Shown: positions 41,560 through 55,786, numbered from the stretch's first letter. The stretch: DNA of 64,000 bases from Nemertoderma westbladi (GCA_032718475.1 JAUCBJ010000606.1:1-64000), one strand, 5' to 3'. A program made the numbers and translations. Notes: a model not told the origin generated them from the sequence alone.

Positions 41560-42210
41560 CACTATGCTGAATCGAATGTGATTATATTCTATTTCCTAAA
41601 ATTGAACTGGATGGTATTTTTCGTGCACCTAATTATGATAATTATCCTTATCACTTAAAATTTTGAAAAATACAATATTCGGAAAATAACCCCATATTTT
41701 GATTTCAACGCGTATTTATAGGTTTTCTGGACCGCTGAATCGATTGAAAATATTATAGAAGCCTGAAGACTTAGTGGTTCGGCATTTTTGGTGCACCGAA
41801 ATTAGGGAGTGGTACTTATTCAAATTTTGAAAAAGTACCACGCCCTAATTCTGGTGTACCAATAATGACGTACCACTAAGAGTTGAAGCTTCAATATTAC
41901 TTTCAATCGATTCAGCGGTCCAGATAACCTATAAAAATGGGTTGAAATGAAAACCTTGTGGTATTTTCTGAATATCGTAATTATGAAAATTTGAAGTAAG
42001 CCTACTTGCCACGCCCTAATTTTGGTGCACCAAAAATGATGTACCACTAAGAATTGAGTCTTCTATATTACTTTCATTCGATTAAGCGGGCCAGAAAACC
42101 CATAAAGATGCGTTGAAATCAAAACTTCGGAGTATTTAACGAATATTTCAATTTATAAAATTTGAAGTGCCACGCCCTAATTTTAGTGCACCAAAAATGA
42201 CGTACCACTT
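41560..42210. repeat. Diverged ~165-bp repeat units arranged as an inverted repeat centred near 41825 (probable DNA-transposon remnant)
   Basis: CCACGCCCTAATT.TGGTGCACCAAAAATGA.GTACCACT at ~41838, 42009, 42170 and CGATTCAGCGGTCCAGA.AACC on the right; their reverse complements lie at ~41720-41816. Confidence 0.7.
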
Positions 42211-43337
42211 CCCTTACATACTTATATAGAGTAGTAGAGTCTCCATACGAATCAGAATCAATAAAAAAAATCCCCAACATAAAGAATTACTAACTCACAA
42301 ATGACCTTGTAAAATTCGAAAATTTCAAAAAAATTTCTGCAGGGGTCCAAATTTTGAGGTGGCACCCACATCGAAAAGTTGAAATCTAATTGCAACGCCG
42401 TTCTTTGCAAAAGATGCGCCACTGAAGTTGACTAATTCTCGTAAAAAATTTGGCTGGTACATAATGTGGTTGCATAGATACAGCAATCAAAAACTAGGAA
42501 TGGGCCGATTCCCCCCCCCCCCCCCCCCCCCAGTGGTAATAGAGTAAAGTAGTGCACTAAAAGGCGTTAATTTGTAATAATATCTCCGAATTCCAGATAA
42601 GCGTGCAGTAGTAGCGAATTTATTGTTTGGAAACCATGATCAAATATCTGATTACTGTAACCTGCGCTAATGACGTTCGTTTATTGTTTTGGTTAGACAA
42701 ACAAATCAAAATAACTTAATTTGGTCCATTTTCTAAAACACATTAAGTAGCCAATAGATCTACCTCCTACACATTTGTACACTAAACCTACCAACGTTTT
42801 TGCATTCCTTCAGTAGAAATACAATCAATTTGTAATATTATTATATTATATTTAGATTGTTCAACAATACACAAGATCGGATACAAAGTGTTTATAAACA
42901 TTTCCCCGCAGTTACCAACGTTCCGTGTTGTTCCATCTAATAACCTTCTGTTCCAGAACTTAACAACTGTAAATCAACCTAATGTAAGTTGTAATTTTGT
43001 TTTATATTTTATAATGTTACTTGTATTTTAGTTGTGCGAGGTAATAGATTTTATTCCAAAATTGTAACATTACTCAACACCGTTAGTAACAGCGAGTTGT
43101 TATTTAGCACTTTACAACTTTAGAGGCCATTACAGCAATGTATTGGCCTGTACATTTATTATTGTATTTGGTGTTATTGTTTACGTGGTAACCCATGACG
43201 GCGTTAAGTAATGCCCACCAAGGGGGCACTACGTACCGGTAGGCGGGGTATAGCTATTAATAACCAGTAGGGCCTAGCTATATTATTATAACATGGCTCC
43301 AAACGCCACCATAAATATTACAGGAGGACAGAAGGAC

Positions 43338-44108
43338 AGGAGGATCTTTGGAGGGTGTGAGAGGCGGAGTCGGAAGTACATGAGGATCTGTGGATGGTGT
43401 AGGAGACGGAGTGGGAGGTATGGGGGGATCTGTGGAGGGTGTAGGAGACGGAGTGGGAAGTACAGGAGGATCTGTGGACGGTGTGGGAGACGGAGTGGGA
43501 AGTACAGGAGGATCTTTGGAGGGTGTGGGAGGCGGAGTCGGAAGTACAGGAGGATCTTTGGAGGGCGTGGGAGGCGGAGACGGAAGTACATGAGGATCTG
43601 TGGATGGTGTAGGAGACGGAGTAGGAGGTATGGGGGGATCTGTGGAGGGTGTAGGAGACGGAGTGGGAAGTACAGGAGGATCTTTGGAGGGTGTGCGAGA
43701 CGGAGTGGGAGGTATGGGGGGATCTGTGGATGGTGTGGGAGACAGAATGGGAAGTACAGGAGGATCTTTGGAGGGTGTGGGAGACGGAGTGGGAGGTATG
43801 GGGGGATCTGTGGAGGGTGTGGGAGGCGGAGTCGGAAGTACATGAGGATCTGTGGATGGTGTGGGAGACGGAGTGGGAAGTACAGGAGGATCTTTGGAGG
43901 GTGTGGGAGACGGAGTGAAAAGTACAGGAGGATCTGTGGACGGTGTGGGAGACGGAGTGGGAATTACAGGAGGATCTTTGGAGGGTGTGGGAGGTGGAGT
44001 CGGAAGTACATGAGGATCTGTGGATGGTGTGGGAGGCGGTGCGGGAAGTATGGGGGGATCTGTGGATGGTGTAGGAGACGGGGTGGGAGGTATGGGGGGA
44101 TCTGTGGA
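43338..44108. repeat. 42-bp G-rich minisatellite, ~18 copies (Pro/Thr/Ser-rich if read on minus strand)
   Basis: Unit ~AGGAGGATCTGTGGAGGGTGTGGGAGACGGAGTGGGAAGTAC. It is stop-free in most frames, which explains the overlapping ORFs. Confidence 0.92.
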
Positions 44109-44425
44109 AGGGGTGTATCCGCATCCGGGTTTGTCCGCATATGCGGACAAAAAAGTCTTTTATGTCCGCATTTTGCGGATAAAAAGTGAACTTTTTAATG
44201 GTTAAGTAGTAAAAAAACACTAGTTACCGTAGAAATATATATACTTAAGGTTGAGAACATTCACCATTATAGTACCAATTTAATTTGGTTCAGGACAATT
44301 CGGTCCCATAACACAAAATAAATGGGACCGAATTGTCCGGGACCGAATTGTCCTGCTTCCATTTTTACATGTAGTTATAAAGTTGGAAACAATTTCTATT
44401 AATAACAAATTTAAATACTTCTATG

Positions 44426-45056
44426 CTTATTCCCCAGAAGTTAGTTATTTTCAGTTATTCAGTTATATTCTGATTCAGTTATATTATTCTTGCGTTGGAT
44501 CATCGCATCATTATGTTCTTATATGATCCTGGTATCTCTTATATGAGTCCTATAATGCTTAAATTGGTGTTAGTTATGGCGTTGACTGACGATTACTCCC
44601 CTTAACCACGGTTGCTATGACAACACTGGTTCGGGACCGGGTTCATTGGATTGACAATCATCGATAGAAACTAATTTGATGTAAAATTTCTAGATATTGA
44701 GTGTTTATAATAGCGGTTGCTAGGGTCTCATTCGCTGTTGACATGGAAACACGTTTTATTCAAATTGCTCAAGGCTGAGAGAGCGACACCCTCCCTAATA
44801 TCGATTGGTATGGTATTGTGGTCACGAAACTGATGAAACATTTTATGGGTAGAAAATCGCAGGTTCACTCTGCTGCCGGACTATGTCTACATTATATCTC
44901 TATTGACAATATTTTCTGTTGTGGATTTTCTGCTGCTTGGAGTTGCGATTTGCTATAAGAATACCCTTGGGCAGGACACCCTCGGGCTTCGCCCTCGGGT
45001 TGTTTCCTGCCCGCGGGTTAAATAACTGGGAAAATAACTAACTTTTGGGGAATAAG
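44426..45056. mobile_element. ~630-bp non-autonomous element with ~30-bp inverted ends and a GC-rich subterminal hairpin
   Basis: Left CTTATTCCCCAGAAGTTAGTTATTTTCAGTTA versus right TAACTGGGAAAATAACTAACTTTTGGGGAATAAG. Hairpin GGGCAGGA...CTCGGGCTTCGCCCTCGGG...TCCTGCCC at ~44965-45018. Confidence 0.6.
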
Positions 45057-47003
45057 TAAGTTGTTACACATTTATTATGGTATGCATTTCGATTATTTTT
45101 GTCCCTTAACAACTATTTACAGATTCTAAAAGGGCATTGTTTGGGGGAAGAGTTTACAAAATGGGGCTTGGAAAGTTTTGGGGGTGTTTATATTTATTTT
45201 TCCCAAGGGAATTGGAAAATTTTCGGTGTGTTTCACTTTAATTCATTAATTGCATAGGTGTTATTTTGCCCAAGGGAATAATAACACCCAAGCTCCAAGG
45301 TAAAACATTACTGTGTCATGTGTGTTGTACAGCTCTAGGCTTAATTCATCCAATCGCCGTAAGATTCGATCATCAAAAATCACCCGAATTTGTTAGTAAA
45401 AATTGATGTCAAACTTATTTAAATGGTTTACTTTCTAAAATTTCTATATTTTCCTTATGTTGGCCGCTAGGGGTAACATATTGCATAAACTTCAAATTGG
45501 ATATATAACTAAATTGGCTGAATTAATTGAATAGTATTTTTGGTGGACAAGTCATGTATCCATTACCCACAGACGGTATTGTTCACATTAAATACGTTAT
45601 ATTAGTATAATTAAGTATTTAGTACTTAGGAAAATAAAAGTTACAACTTTTCCACTATACTCGAGTTATTTTATTTCCCGAGCGCCATCGAAGTTAATAA
45701 AGGGTCGAGAGAATATTGAAAAAAAATGTGCTAGGCCTTACGTTTTTTGCATGAAATACAAAACTAGTTGGTGGTCTGAATGCCTGATTTGCACCTGATG
45801 TGACACACAACAGACCTAAGACGAGTACAGCAGCATTACCGGTTCCTATGTTTGTATGTCAGTATGTAACACTTCACTACTTCTAAGAGGGAATAACATG
45901 GTTATTTTGCCCTACTAGGGCAAAATAACTTTTATGGCCGTAGCCCAGCATTAGAGATAGTTATAATCCCGCTAATAAATGTGTAACAAATAAAATTGTA
46001 CTTTTATAGCTAATAGGAATAGAACAGTTGTTAACAATAAAACAGGGGTAATATTGAAGGGGCACTTTTACATAGCCCGATGTGTGAGGCGTTTTTTTTT
46101 TAATTTTGCAGCATTTTTTCAATAAATTTTTTAGAGATTTTAAATGGTAGCTGCTGTAGAACAATTATAATATTATGTTCAAATAAAATAAAACAAGTCG
46201 GCAATTGAATCAAATAAACCATCGAAATGAACACTAATTAATTTTTGATAATATTTTTTTTAATGTTCAAGAAAAATGTCAGCTATTTGTTATTGAAAAA
46301 ATTATGTTCTAGAACAAATATTTAATAATAAAAACTTTCTTTTTCCCGAGAAAAAAAAACAAGGTTTGTATTAAAATAAACCATAAACCTGTAAAACGCG
46401 AGAAATAAGTTGTCACAAGCGATTGAACTATTGAAAGGATTTTCAAATTTTGGTGCCGCACCAAAATTTGGCCCACCGAGGAAAACAAGTTTGAAATTTC
46501 TAAATTAATTTATATGAATTCCTAATTATCTAATTGCAAACTAATTCCATCCAATTAATCCATCTAATTCCTGCAAAATAAACTAAATAAATTTTAGTTT
46601 GAAAAGGTTTTCTTCCGTATATTTATTAAATACCAAACCTTATACTAACTACGGTATGTAGCACAAATACTGGATGTTCAATATTCATGTTCTAGAACAT
46701 ATTTATTTTGTTCTAGAACATTTTATTTAAACTAACTAGTTGTCGCTACTTTTTAATCTCCTAGAACAAGTTCGTTATCAATTAAGGTTCTAGAACACTT
46801 TGTTTTACTGGAACATTAAAAATAAATTAAATATTATATTGATCGTTTATACAAACCGAATAAATAAAAACAGCTAGTAAATAATTACTGGCTACGCTGA
46901 CTATCTAATAACAATTACTAGCGCTGTAATACTTATTAGTACTTTAGCAATTTAGCGGCAATTTACTTTATTTTATCTTTTAGATTCAATAATCCCCCTA
47001 ACA

Positions 47004-47847
47004 ATGGCGGCGATCCTGGAACTCAAAATGATCCCGGGTACCGAGGAGGTTGTCTTTGTGTCTTACAACCTCCCCTGTATCATAAACTCAACAACTCTCT
47101 ACGAAAAGGAATATCTACGGCGATCCGGACGTTCTACCGATTACTGGAGAGTCGCGGTTTCTACGGACGGGAACCGCGTTGCCTCGGTGGGGGGGTTGGT
47201 GACTGTCTGGGAGCGGGAAGCGACCGGTTGGAGGGTCGTAGTGGAGGTACCGGGGAGGGAGTTAGTGGTTGGTGGGAGGTTGTTTGAATATAGGGAGGGA
47301 ATAGATATAAATCCCTCCAACCGGGACGTCATTGCAACTTGTGGGTCTAAAGGGGGGATTTCTATTATATCAATAACTGGGGGGAAATATAAGGTAACGA
47401 ACTGGGAGGGGCATTCGGATTGGGTTAACTGTATTCGGTTCGACTCGAACGGGTCCCGGTTGGCCAGCTGTTCGGGGGATGGAACAGTAAAAGTTTGGCA
47501 GACCGGAACCCGGGAGATGTTGTACCAATACCGGGGGCACAGTGGGGGGGTCTGGAGTCTGGGTTGGGGTCCGGATGGGGAGTCAGCGGTGTCGGTAGAT
47601 AAGGGAGGAGGGATCCATCGCTTCGTTGTTCGTACAGGGGAGACCTTGTGGAGACAAGAAGCAACTCCTGAGGTCCGGAGGATCGTATTGAGTCCCAACG
47701 GATCCAGAATCGCTGCTGTTGGGTGGAACACCGGGTTGATTTATATTCTAAATTCTGTAACTGGGGAGATTATCAACCGGATTGAAGGAACTGGGAGCCG
47801 CATCCGTGCTGTCGATTTCTGTAAAGATGACCAGCATATTATTACAG
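47004..47847 (+). CDS. Coding exon 1: WD40-repeat beta-propeller region of the Roco-like gene
   Basis: WD motifs GHSDWVNCIRFDSNGSRLASCSGDGTVKVW and GHSGGVWSLGW. ATG context is ACAATGG, with an acceptor-like TTTTAG just upstream (46983). Phase-1 donor ACAG^GTAATT at 47847. Confidence 0.85.
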
Positions 47848-50205
47848 GTAATTAATTAATAGACCTCTTTTATTAAAACACGTTAAATTAATTAATTAGG
47901 CCTAGGGTCTAATTCAGTACTGTACCACGTACCATAGTAAGTAATAATCATTATAACACGTAAATTAATTAATTACATTAATTGTTATTCTTTAATTTAA
48001 CTTTATTTAATTAATAATTTACTTACCGATATGATGCGGATTAACTGAACATTACCTTCACTGCCTCCTGCCAATATCGGGTACCATGGGAACGAAATTA
48101 AAATTAGTCTAATTGGGGTATCAGAATATAGACCATTACAACATAGTCCCTGTAGTCGGATAGATTTAGGTGCGGTTTGGTTGCAGTAATAATGTAACAT
48201 AAAAATAAACTAATAAACCAGCAATTAGCTGAATATTATTATGTATTCAGTTATCTGTTAGGTTGTTTGTTATTGGTTTGTATCAATGGCGTTTTAACCA
48301 ACTGGTAGTTCTACTCAAATAAACAAACTATAATGGTGCCAATAGGCGTACCGGTACTGCAATGCAGTAAAGTAACTGTAAGAGAATACAACCGGTAATG
48401 TATAATAAAAACTTTCATTTTCAAGTCTGCCACACAGTCCCATTACTTACAACAAAGGCTTATTATAATAATATATTACACCTGTCATTTTAGATAAGAA
48501 GGGACATCCCTAACCCACACCCCACCTCATTTTTATACAATCTTTATCATACTTTATTTAACATGGAGCTACATAGAATTTTCTTTTTTGAATTTATAGA
48601 CGTTTAACGTTTACGATATCGCCCTCATTGCATTACGGCCATTCCTCATATTGGCCACAACGACATATTATTAGAAAGCTTGAGTTGTAAGGATTCCAAA
48701 TATAAATATATTTTGAGTTTCGTTGAGAAACAGCTGAGAAATAATACTGGCGTTCAAAGATTGTGATAAATTATCATTCGCTGGAAGTCATTTATTATAA
48801 TTAATATAAACACAACATTCTAGAACGTGTTATTATTTTTATCATTTTTATGATAAAAATCCCATTTATTTATCCTATTTATAATATATTATTATATTTA
48901 TGTATGCATAGCTACACATACATAAATAATATGTTACAGAAGGTTTTGTGTTTACAAAGCCGGCACAGCATTCTTAAAAATGCAGCTGCAATGCAGCATG
49001 CCGATCCTAGTAGTTGTGTCTACTAAACGGAATAACTGGTATATTATAATGAAAGATACTTCTTGCAATCTTAGAACGCCCATATCTCATTTGTTTATCA
49101 ACAAAATTTAGACATTAATACATTTTTGGAATCCTCACAATGCAAGCTTTCAAATATATAAAAAATAAATCACTATTGATGAGAAAAATGGCAACGAAAC
49201 GAAGGCAACAATTTCGTAAAAGTCACTTTTATAAAACTTTTGTAAAAATTTAAATGTAAAATTGAAAATTCCGGTTACATGGGGTCCTCTGCTCTGAGTT
49301 GAACTAATACAATTTTTAATAAGGAAACAGCTTATTTCTGCGAGTTAAATTATCGTGCAGTAGGGAGCTGATTTTTGACTCATACGGTTTGGAATACTGT
49401 TTGGAACAACTTGACACTGTAGTATTTAGACTGGTAGTGGTGATACAGAATATGATACTCTGACCTTTTTGAAATTGACCACCACCGCAAACAGAGAAAT
49501 GTATCATTGGATTTGGTAGGTTTTCTCATGTTACAATACGTGTGGAATTATTGTACTGTTTATAGCAGAGTAAGTGTCTTTTTCAAAAATTACGAGTGTA
49601 CAGAACAGTGAGTGTGGAAAAATATTAATGTAAGTTCATACTGTATAAGTATATAAGTGTCACTCATCAAAGAAAGTACAATTTTTAATGTCGTTTTATT
49701 CCTGGTAAAATAAATTATTATAAAAATATATGTATATAAAGTAGTTCGTATTGGAATAGTTTCGTGAGTTGCCAAATCGGTTGGATCTATATATGGGAGT
49801 CTAGAACTGACACGTTATATTCGTCAAATAAGTGGCCATTGTCGATACAGTGTTGTGTTATTCCACAACGTTTATAGCCATTATATAAGACCGCTTAAAA
49901 CTGTAAATCTATACATTTTATTTACCAATTACCATTATTTACATTTAAATTTTAAGCCCACCACCAACACTGTCAGTAAAAACTATAACACTCTCCATAA
50001 ATAATGTTCGTTGTGGCGCTATACATGTTTTCGTTTAAGTTTCCCAATGTAATTATGGTCAGTTCAGGCATTACAGTCTATTTTACATATTGCATGCATG
50101 AGTTTAACCTTCTTTCCCAACCCTCTTTAAATCGGAGCAAATTTGTTGAAATTTTTGAAACAGTTTCATATCGAATCAACTTAAACTTTGTAAAAAAAAA
50201 TTTAA

Positions 50206-50905
50206 GGGGGGGATACACCATTTTGGTCCAAAATATGTCGAAATTTTTTTATGGTCTATTATAATGCACCATTGAATGGTGTTTCCAAATCTGATAACCG
50301 CTATTTCATAGCTCTTTTAGTTTTCAAGTTATAACAATTTCCATTTCGGAATTCCTATTGAAATTACTATTACTATGTATAATGAAAGGTCGATTATCTC
50401 CAAATATTTTTTTTATTAAAGTGTCAACTTCAAAACCCTACTACTTCTACAATTTTTAAGTAATTAGTCTGAAAATTCCTGTGGGTGTCTACATAGCCAC
50501 CCTGCATAAAAGTATCAGACAACTTTGCGAAATTATTTGTTAATAAAATTTAATACTATTTATAACAAACCTAAAAATTTGCATAAATTTGCAGCGCCAC
50601 CTAGCGGTGCAGAATTATTTTCACAAAATTTCGCCTGATAGTTATGTTGCCCCATCTTTGATCTATCACATAAAAAAACTTTCATGTGATTGTAAAATTG
50701 TTAGGGTTTTAAGCGCAACCAAGTTTTTTTTGTTGTTAACTAGTATTAAATAGGTCAAAAACTTTTTTTGAACTGTCATGTAGAATAGCATCTTAGGCAC
50801 CTATATGCCAAATTTTAGCCAAAACCAAACAATTTTGAAACGCTGAGAGTGATAAATCGAAGAGTTGTCCGAAAATGCTGTACCCCCCCCCCCCCCCCCC
50901 CCCCC
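50206..50905. mobile_element. 700-bp MITE-like element with G/C-run termini and TTAA flanks (Kolobok-like)
   Basis: TTAA|GGGGGGGATACACCATTTTGG ... CCGAAAATGCTGTACCCCC|TTAA; imperfect TIR, TTAA at 50202-50205 and 50906-50909. Confidence 0.65.
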
Positions 50906-50920
50906 TTAATTGGTTCGTCC

Positions 50921-51279
50921 GGTGTAACAGGCTGAGATAACTCCCCACCAAATATGACTCCCCAGTCTTTTCAGCCTAGGCTGAGAACACCCCCAGTTTT
51001 CTTCCTAGATTTCTTAATTAACGGAAAGGAGCAGGTTACAGTGGCAGGCTTTTCTAACCAAAACAATAAACGATAACTCATTAACATAGGTAACAGTTCA
51101 ATTTTTGCAATATACGGAAATAGCACAGGTACTGTACGGATATGAATTATAACTCCATTAGGGGAGTCATATCAGCCTAAGGGGAGTCATAACTGGGGGT
51201 GGGGAGTGTTCTCAGCCTAGGCTGAGACGATTGGGGAGTCATTTCAAGAGGGAGTTACAGTATCTCAGCCTTGTAAACC
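50921..51279. mobile_element. ~360-bp MITE with nested inverted repeats
   Basis: GGTGTAACAGGCTGAGATA ... TATCTCAGCCTTGTAAACC. Internal TGACTCCCC/GGGGAGTCA and the palindrome TCAGCCTAGGCTGAGA occur at both sides. Confidence 0.65.
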
Positions 51280-51511
51280 AGCACTATTGACTGCTATTAG
51301 ACCGAAGTTTAAATTGGTAGTTCGTTTGGTCCAATATATTTGACCGAGTCCTACGTTCGAAATTAAATGTGTGCAATCCAATCTGATCAAGGATTGTTTT
51401 TATAGCTTTGGAGACTGTTGGTACAAATCGTATAACACAATAAGTATCGTCAGTAGGTTTGGGAGCTACTGTTGGAGCTGGAGGAGGGTTGGAGACTATT
51501 CTCGACCACAT

Positions 51512-53315
51512 CTCGCGGGTAGTTGTTTATATTAACAGTATACAGTATCGCGGGTAGTTGTTTATATTAACAGTATACAGTATCGCGGGTAGTTGTTTAT
51601 ATTAACAGTATACAGTATCGCGGGTAGTTGTTTATATTAACAGTATACAATATCGCGGGTAGTTGTTTATATTAACAGTTACAGTATCGCGGGTAGTTGT
51701 TTATATTAACAGTATATACAGTATCGCGGGTAGTTGTTTATATTAACAGTATACAGTATCGCGGGTAGTTGTTTATATTAACAGTATGATGGGTAGTTGT
51801 TTATATTAACAGTATACAGTATCGCAGGTAGTTGTTTATATTAACAGTATACAGTATCGCGGGTAGTTGTTTATATTAACAGTATACAGTATCGCGGGTA
51901 GTTGTTTATATTAACAGTATACAGTATCGCGGGTAGTTGTTTATATTACCAGTATACAGTATCGCGGGTGGATCTAGGACACTTCCCCCCCGGACACTTC
52001 CCCCCCGGACACTTCCCCTCCGCCCAAGTAGGACACTTCCCCCCCGGACACTTCCCCTCCCCCCCGGACACTTGCCCCCCGGACACTTCCCCCCCAGTTA
52101 AAGTGTTAAAATTAATCTGGGTGCATCAAAGCAATAAACAAAAGTTAAAGATGGTTACAGGACAAGTTGTATCTAGACAAGTTTTTTCAAAATTATAAAA
52201 GAAACATTTTTATAGTCAAATTTTGTTTGTTTTTCTTTTAATTCCTTTAATTCTTTTAATTTCTTTTAAAAGGGGGCTGCCGCCCCCAAACCCCCGCTTC
52301 TTTTGTTGGGGGCTACAGCCCCCAAACCCCCCCTTCTTTTCTTGGGGGCTGCCGCCCCCAAACCCCCGCTTCTTTTCTTGGAGGTCATCGCCCCCAGACC
52401 CCGGCATTTCCCTGAGTGCCCGTGGTGAAAGACTTAAGACCATTTTGAACTTATTAATTCATGTTTGTATCATCAGATAATAAATTGACTAAGCCTAAAG
52501 TAGGAGCTGTATTGAATGTTAACCAATTTAATATATAAATTACTACAATATTATATAATTCAACAAAATCCTATTAAAAATATTGCAAGTAACCAGGAAA
52601 TTTGATATGTTGTGTGTATAATATCTATATAGTATGTATAGTAGTAATATGTATATCAATATGTAATGCTGAACACAGAATACAGGTCGACTCATGTCGA
52701 TTTTACCCTGGAGAGGTATAATTTTGATTGCATCAATAATATTCATCCCCATCTGCAACAATTTGAAGAAGACTATTACATAAAAATACCTATAATTAAA
52801 ACAATTAATTATTATAATTCTATAGTTAATAAAAACAGTATAGTATATCTTTCGGGGGATGGAATTTATAGGTCATCTACTATAATTAATTGTTTAAAGA
52901 TTAGCAAACAATACGATGTAATTGCATTGATAAATCCCATCAATAAAACTTGGATATAAAATGTAAAATCGGGATGCAAAAGATCACTTTCTGAGCTACC
53001 AAAGGAAAATTGGATACAACTTATCTGGATACAAGCGGTCCGTTTACCTTACAAAATGAAAAATACGAATGTGCGAAGTTAAGAACAGTCGGGGGGGGGG
53101 AGTGTCCGCGGGGGGGAAGTGTCTGGGGGGAAGTGTCCGGGGGGGAAGTGTCTGGGGGGAAGTGTCCGGGGGGGAAGTGTCCTACTTGAGCGGGGGGGAA
53201 CTGTCCGGGGGAGAAGTGTCCGGGGGGGAAGTGTCCGAACACCATCGCGGGTAGTTGTTTATATTAACAGTATATACAGTATCGCGGGTTGTTGTTTATA
53301 TTAACAGTATACAGT
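51512..53315. repeat. 35-bp minisatellite (TCGCGGGTAGTTGTTTATATTAACAGTATACAGTA), ~13 + 2 copies, split by a transposon
   Basis: Units at 51512-51969 resume at 53244-53315. Confidence 0.9.
51970..53243. mobile_element. 1.27-kb non-autonomous Mutator/MULE-like element with 9-bp TSD and tandem-repeat TIRs
   Basis: TSD ATCGCGGGT at 51961-51969 and 53244-53252. GG...CC ends; (GGACACTTCCCCCCC)n at left and (GGGGGGAAGTGTCC)n at right. Confidence 0.82.
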
Positions 53316-53558
53316 TTCAGTGAGATATTGTATTTCAGCTTCATACTTCGGCTCAGAAATATTGCAAAAAACATATTTTTATAATTTTAACCATCCTATT
53401 GTCCGGCCTATTGTTTCGCCTATTGTCCCGCCTATTGTCCCGCCTATTGCCCCGCATGTTGTCCTGCCTATTAATTGTCCCGCCCTTTGTCCCGCCCCCG
53501 TAATATTGGATGTCAACTCAGTGGAAAGACAGCTTAACAATAATTATACTTTATACAG

Positions 53559-55786
53559 GAGATGATGGCGGCACAATTACAGTAATTGATACGTTCAGTA
53601 AAGATCAAACTGAAACAAAGAAAAGTATCAAACAGGTGGAAAGTATATTGGAGAAAACTGAAGAATTAAAGGAAATTGTTGAGTATATTGGATGGGTTGG
53701 TCCCATAAATAAACCACTTCAAGGTAAGATAACTGATATAATTATATCTACTGTTGATGTTCTTTCAGATAAAGAGAAAGAACTTTACTTTAGACTGGAT
53801 GCAGATATTTCTGAGTTAACAACGCAGAATCTGGTTAGTATTTGGGGTTTAGATGAAGTTTCAACAATAGAAATCGTTAAAAAATTGAGAGACTTGGGAC
53901 TTCTGTCTACAAGTGAATTAAATTCACTGAAAGTTCCAAAACTTTTCATTAATTATATAAAAGAACAAAAACGGCTGCCAATTGAGATACTGGCGAGAGG
54001 CCCAGAAGCATTGGCTGCTTATAAAGCAGCTCTTTCTAAAGGGACTACATGGATACTGAAAACCCGGTTAATGTTAGTGGGACAAGAGAGGGCTGGTAAA
54101 ACAAGTTTGAAGAAGGCCCTTATTGGTCAACCGTGTGATATTAATGAACAAATAACAGATGGTATTGACTCATCTGCTAACTGTATTATAAATACCAAAC
54201 AAAACACAGATTGGACCAACTTACGAGATAAAGATAAAGAAAACTTGGAGAAAGATGTCAATGACTTTGTTACTAAACAAATAGCACAAACTGTTCTAGA
54301 AAGTAAACAAGTTGCAGATAATAAAAGGGATGATTCTGGAACTTCTGGAAAGGTTGTTGGAAGTGCGACTCCCATAGTTTCAACCTCTTCATCAGCAGCT
54401 AATGCTAAACCTACAGAGATTCCTATTACAGTTGCAAGTGGAAGTGCTGATAAAGTTCCAACCATTAGTTTGTGGAGGAGGTTAGTTTCCAAAATTACAC
54501 GCAATAAAGAACAGATCAGTAATGAATGTGAAGTCAGGGTCACAGAGGGAAGCATTGGTAGACATAGAGAAGGTACAGGATATATTCAACCCAAACATGA
54601 TTCTTCTGAAACACAAATCCCTCCAAACATATCTAAAGGAGTAGAAGATATACTCACATCTGGTAAACCTCAAGATATTCTGGCTAAATTTAATGAGGAA
54701 GACAGTCGCTTTTCTCTACAGATAGTCGATTTTGGAGGCCAATGTATTTATTATACAACCCATCAGATATTTTTGAGTAGACGTGCTATTTACATAATTG
54801 TATTTGATTTGACACAAGATCTCGACAAAACAGCTGATGTTATTGTTAGAGCTGATGACACCAACATAAAAGTTTATGGCGAGATGACCAATATTGAATT
54901 TATAGATTTTTGGTTAAGGAGTATTTACTCATTTGGTGCGAATTTTGATGAAAAAACATCAAATGTTGTCGGCCCACCAGTATTTATAGTCGGAACTCAT
55001 AAAGGTAGTTTAGATGCTGATTCTAGAACTCAATCAACTTTAGCAACTAATGTTTTTAAATCCATTAACAACTATATAGATAAAACTCACCTTACAAGTA
55101 ATTTAGTAAAGGAATTTTATGCATTGGAAAATAATAAAGAAATTGTGAGTGATAGCGCTGAAGAACTGGAGAATTTGCAGCAAGATATTGCCAAGGAAAT
55201 GATTAGGTTCAAAGAGGAAATACCTCTACAATATTTAAAATTTGAATAACTTGTGTCTCAATTAATAAACGATGGCAAAGTTTATATTAACATTGACGAA
55301 TTAAAAGTAAAGTTAAATGCTATTGATGTAGAAATGAATGACATTGGTTTGAAAACAATGTTAGAATTTTACCACGATATGGGTACAATAATTTACTTTG
55401 ATGATGAATCTCTAAGAGACACTGTTATAATGAGCCCAGAATGGTTGAGTGGAATGTTTACCAAAATAATAACTGTAAAAGACAAAATAAAGAAACAACA
55501 TTTTACTTTCTGGAAGGATCTGGACGACAATGGTATATTACATGAAGAACTCCTTGATTATCTGTGGGAAGGCGTTCTTGATAAAAAACAATTTATGTTG
55601 AATATTCTAGAACGTTTTGATTTACTGTGTGAAAGAGTTTTGCCTCAGATTAAAGGAACTTTAAACCAAAATATAAAGCGATCCTATTATGTTCCGTGCA
55701 GACTGAAACCAGTAAAAATAAATCCGTTTGTACCAAAATATTCCAGCTTGGAATTTTATATAATATTCGATAGTTTCTTACCAGAA

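Noticed and set aside
47141-47731. 196-aa minus-strand ORF
   Set aside because: Antisense shadow of the GC-rich WD40 exon.
53510-53558. ATG at 53510 as the start of the Roc gene
   Set aside because: The acceptor TTTATACAG at 53558 gives an in-phase join that completes a WD repeat, so this stretch is more likely intron.
51902-53565. GHFPP-, GGKC- and PPIV-repeat ORFs
   Set aside because: Translations of transposon TIR repeats and a 12-bp intronic repeat.
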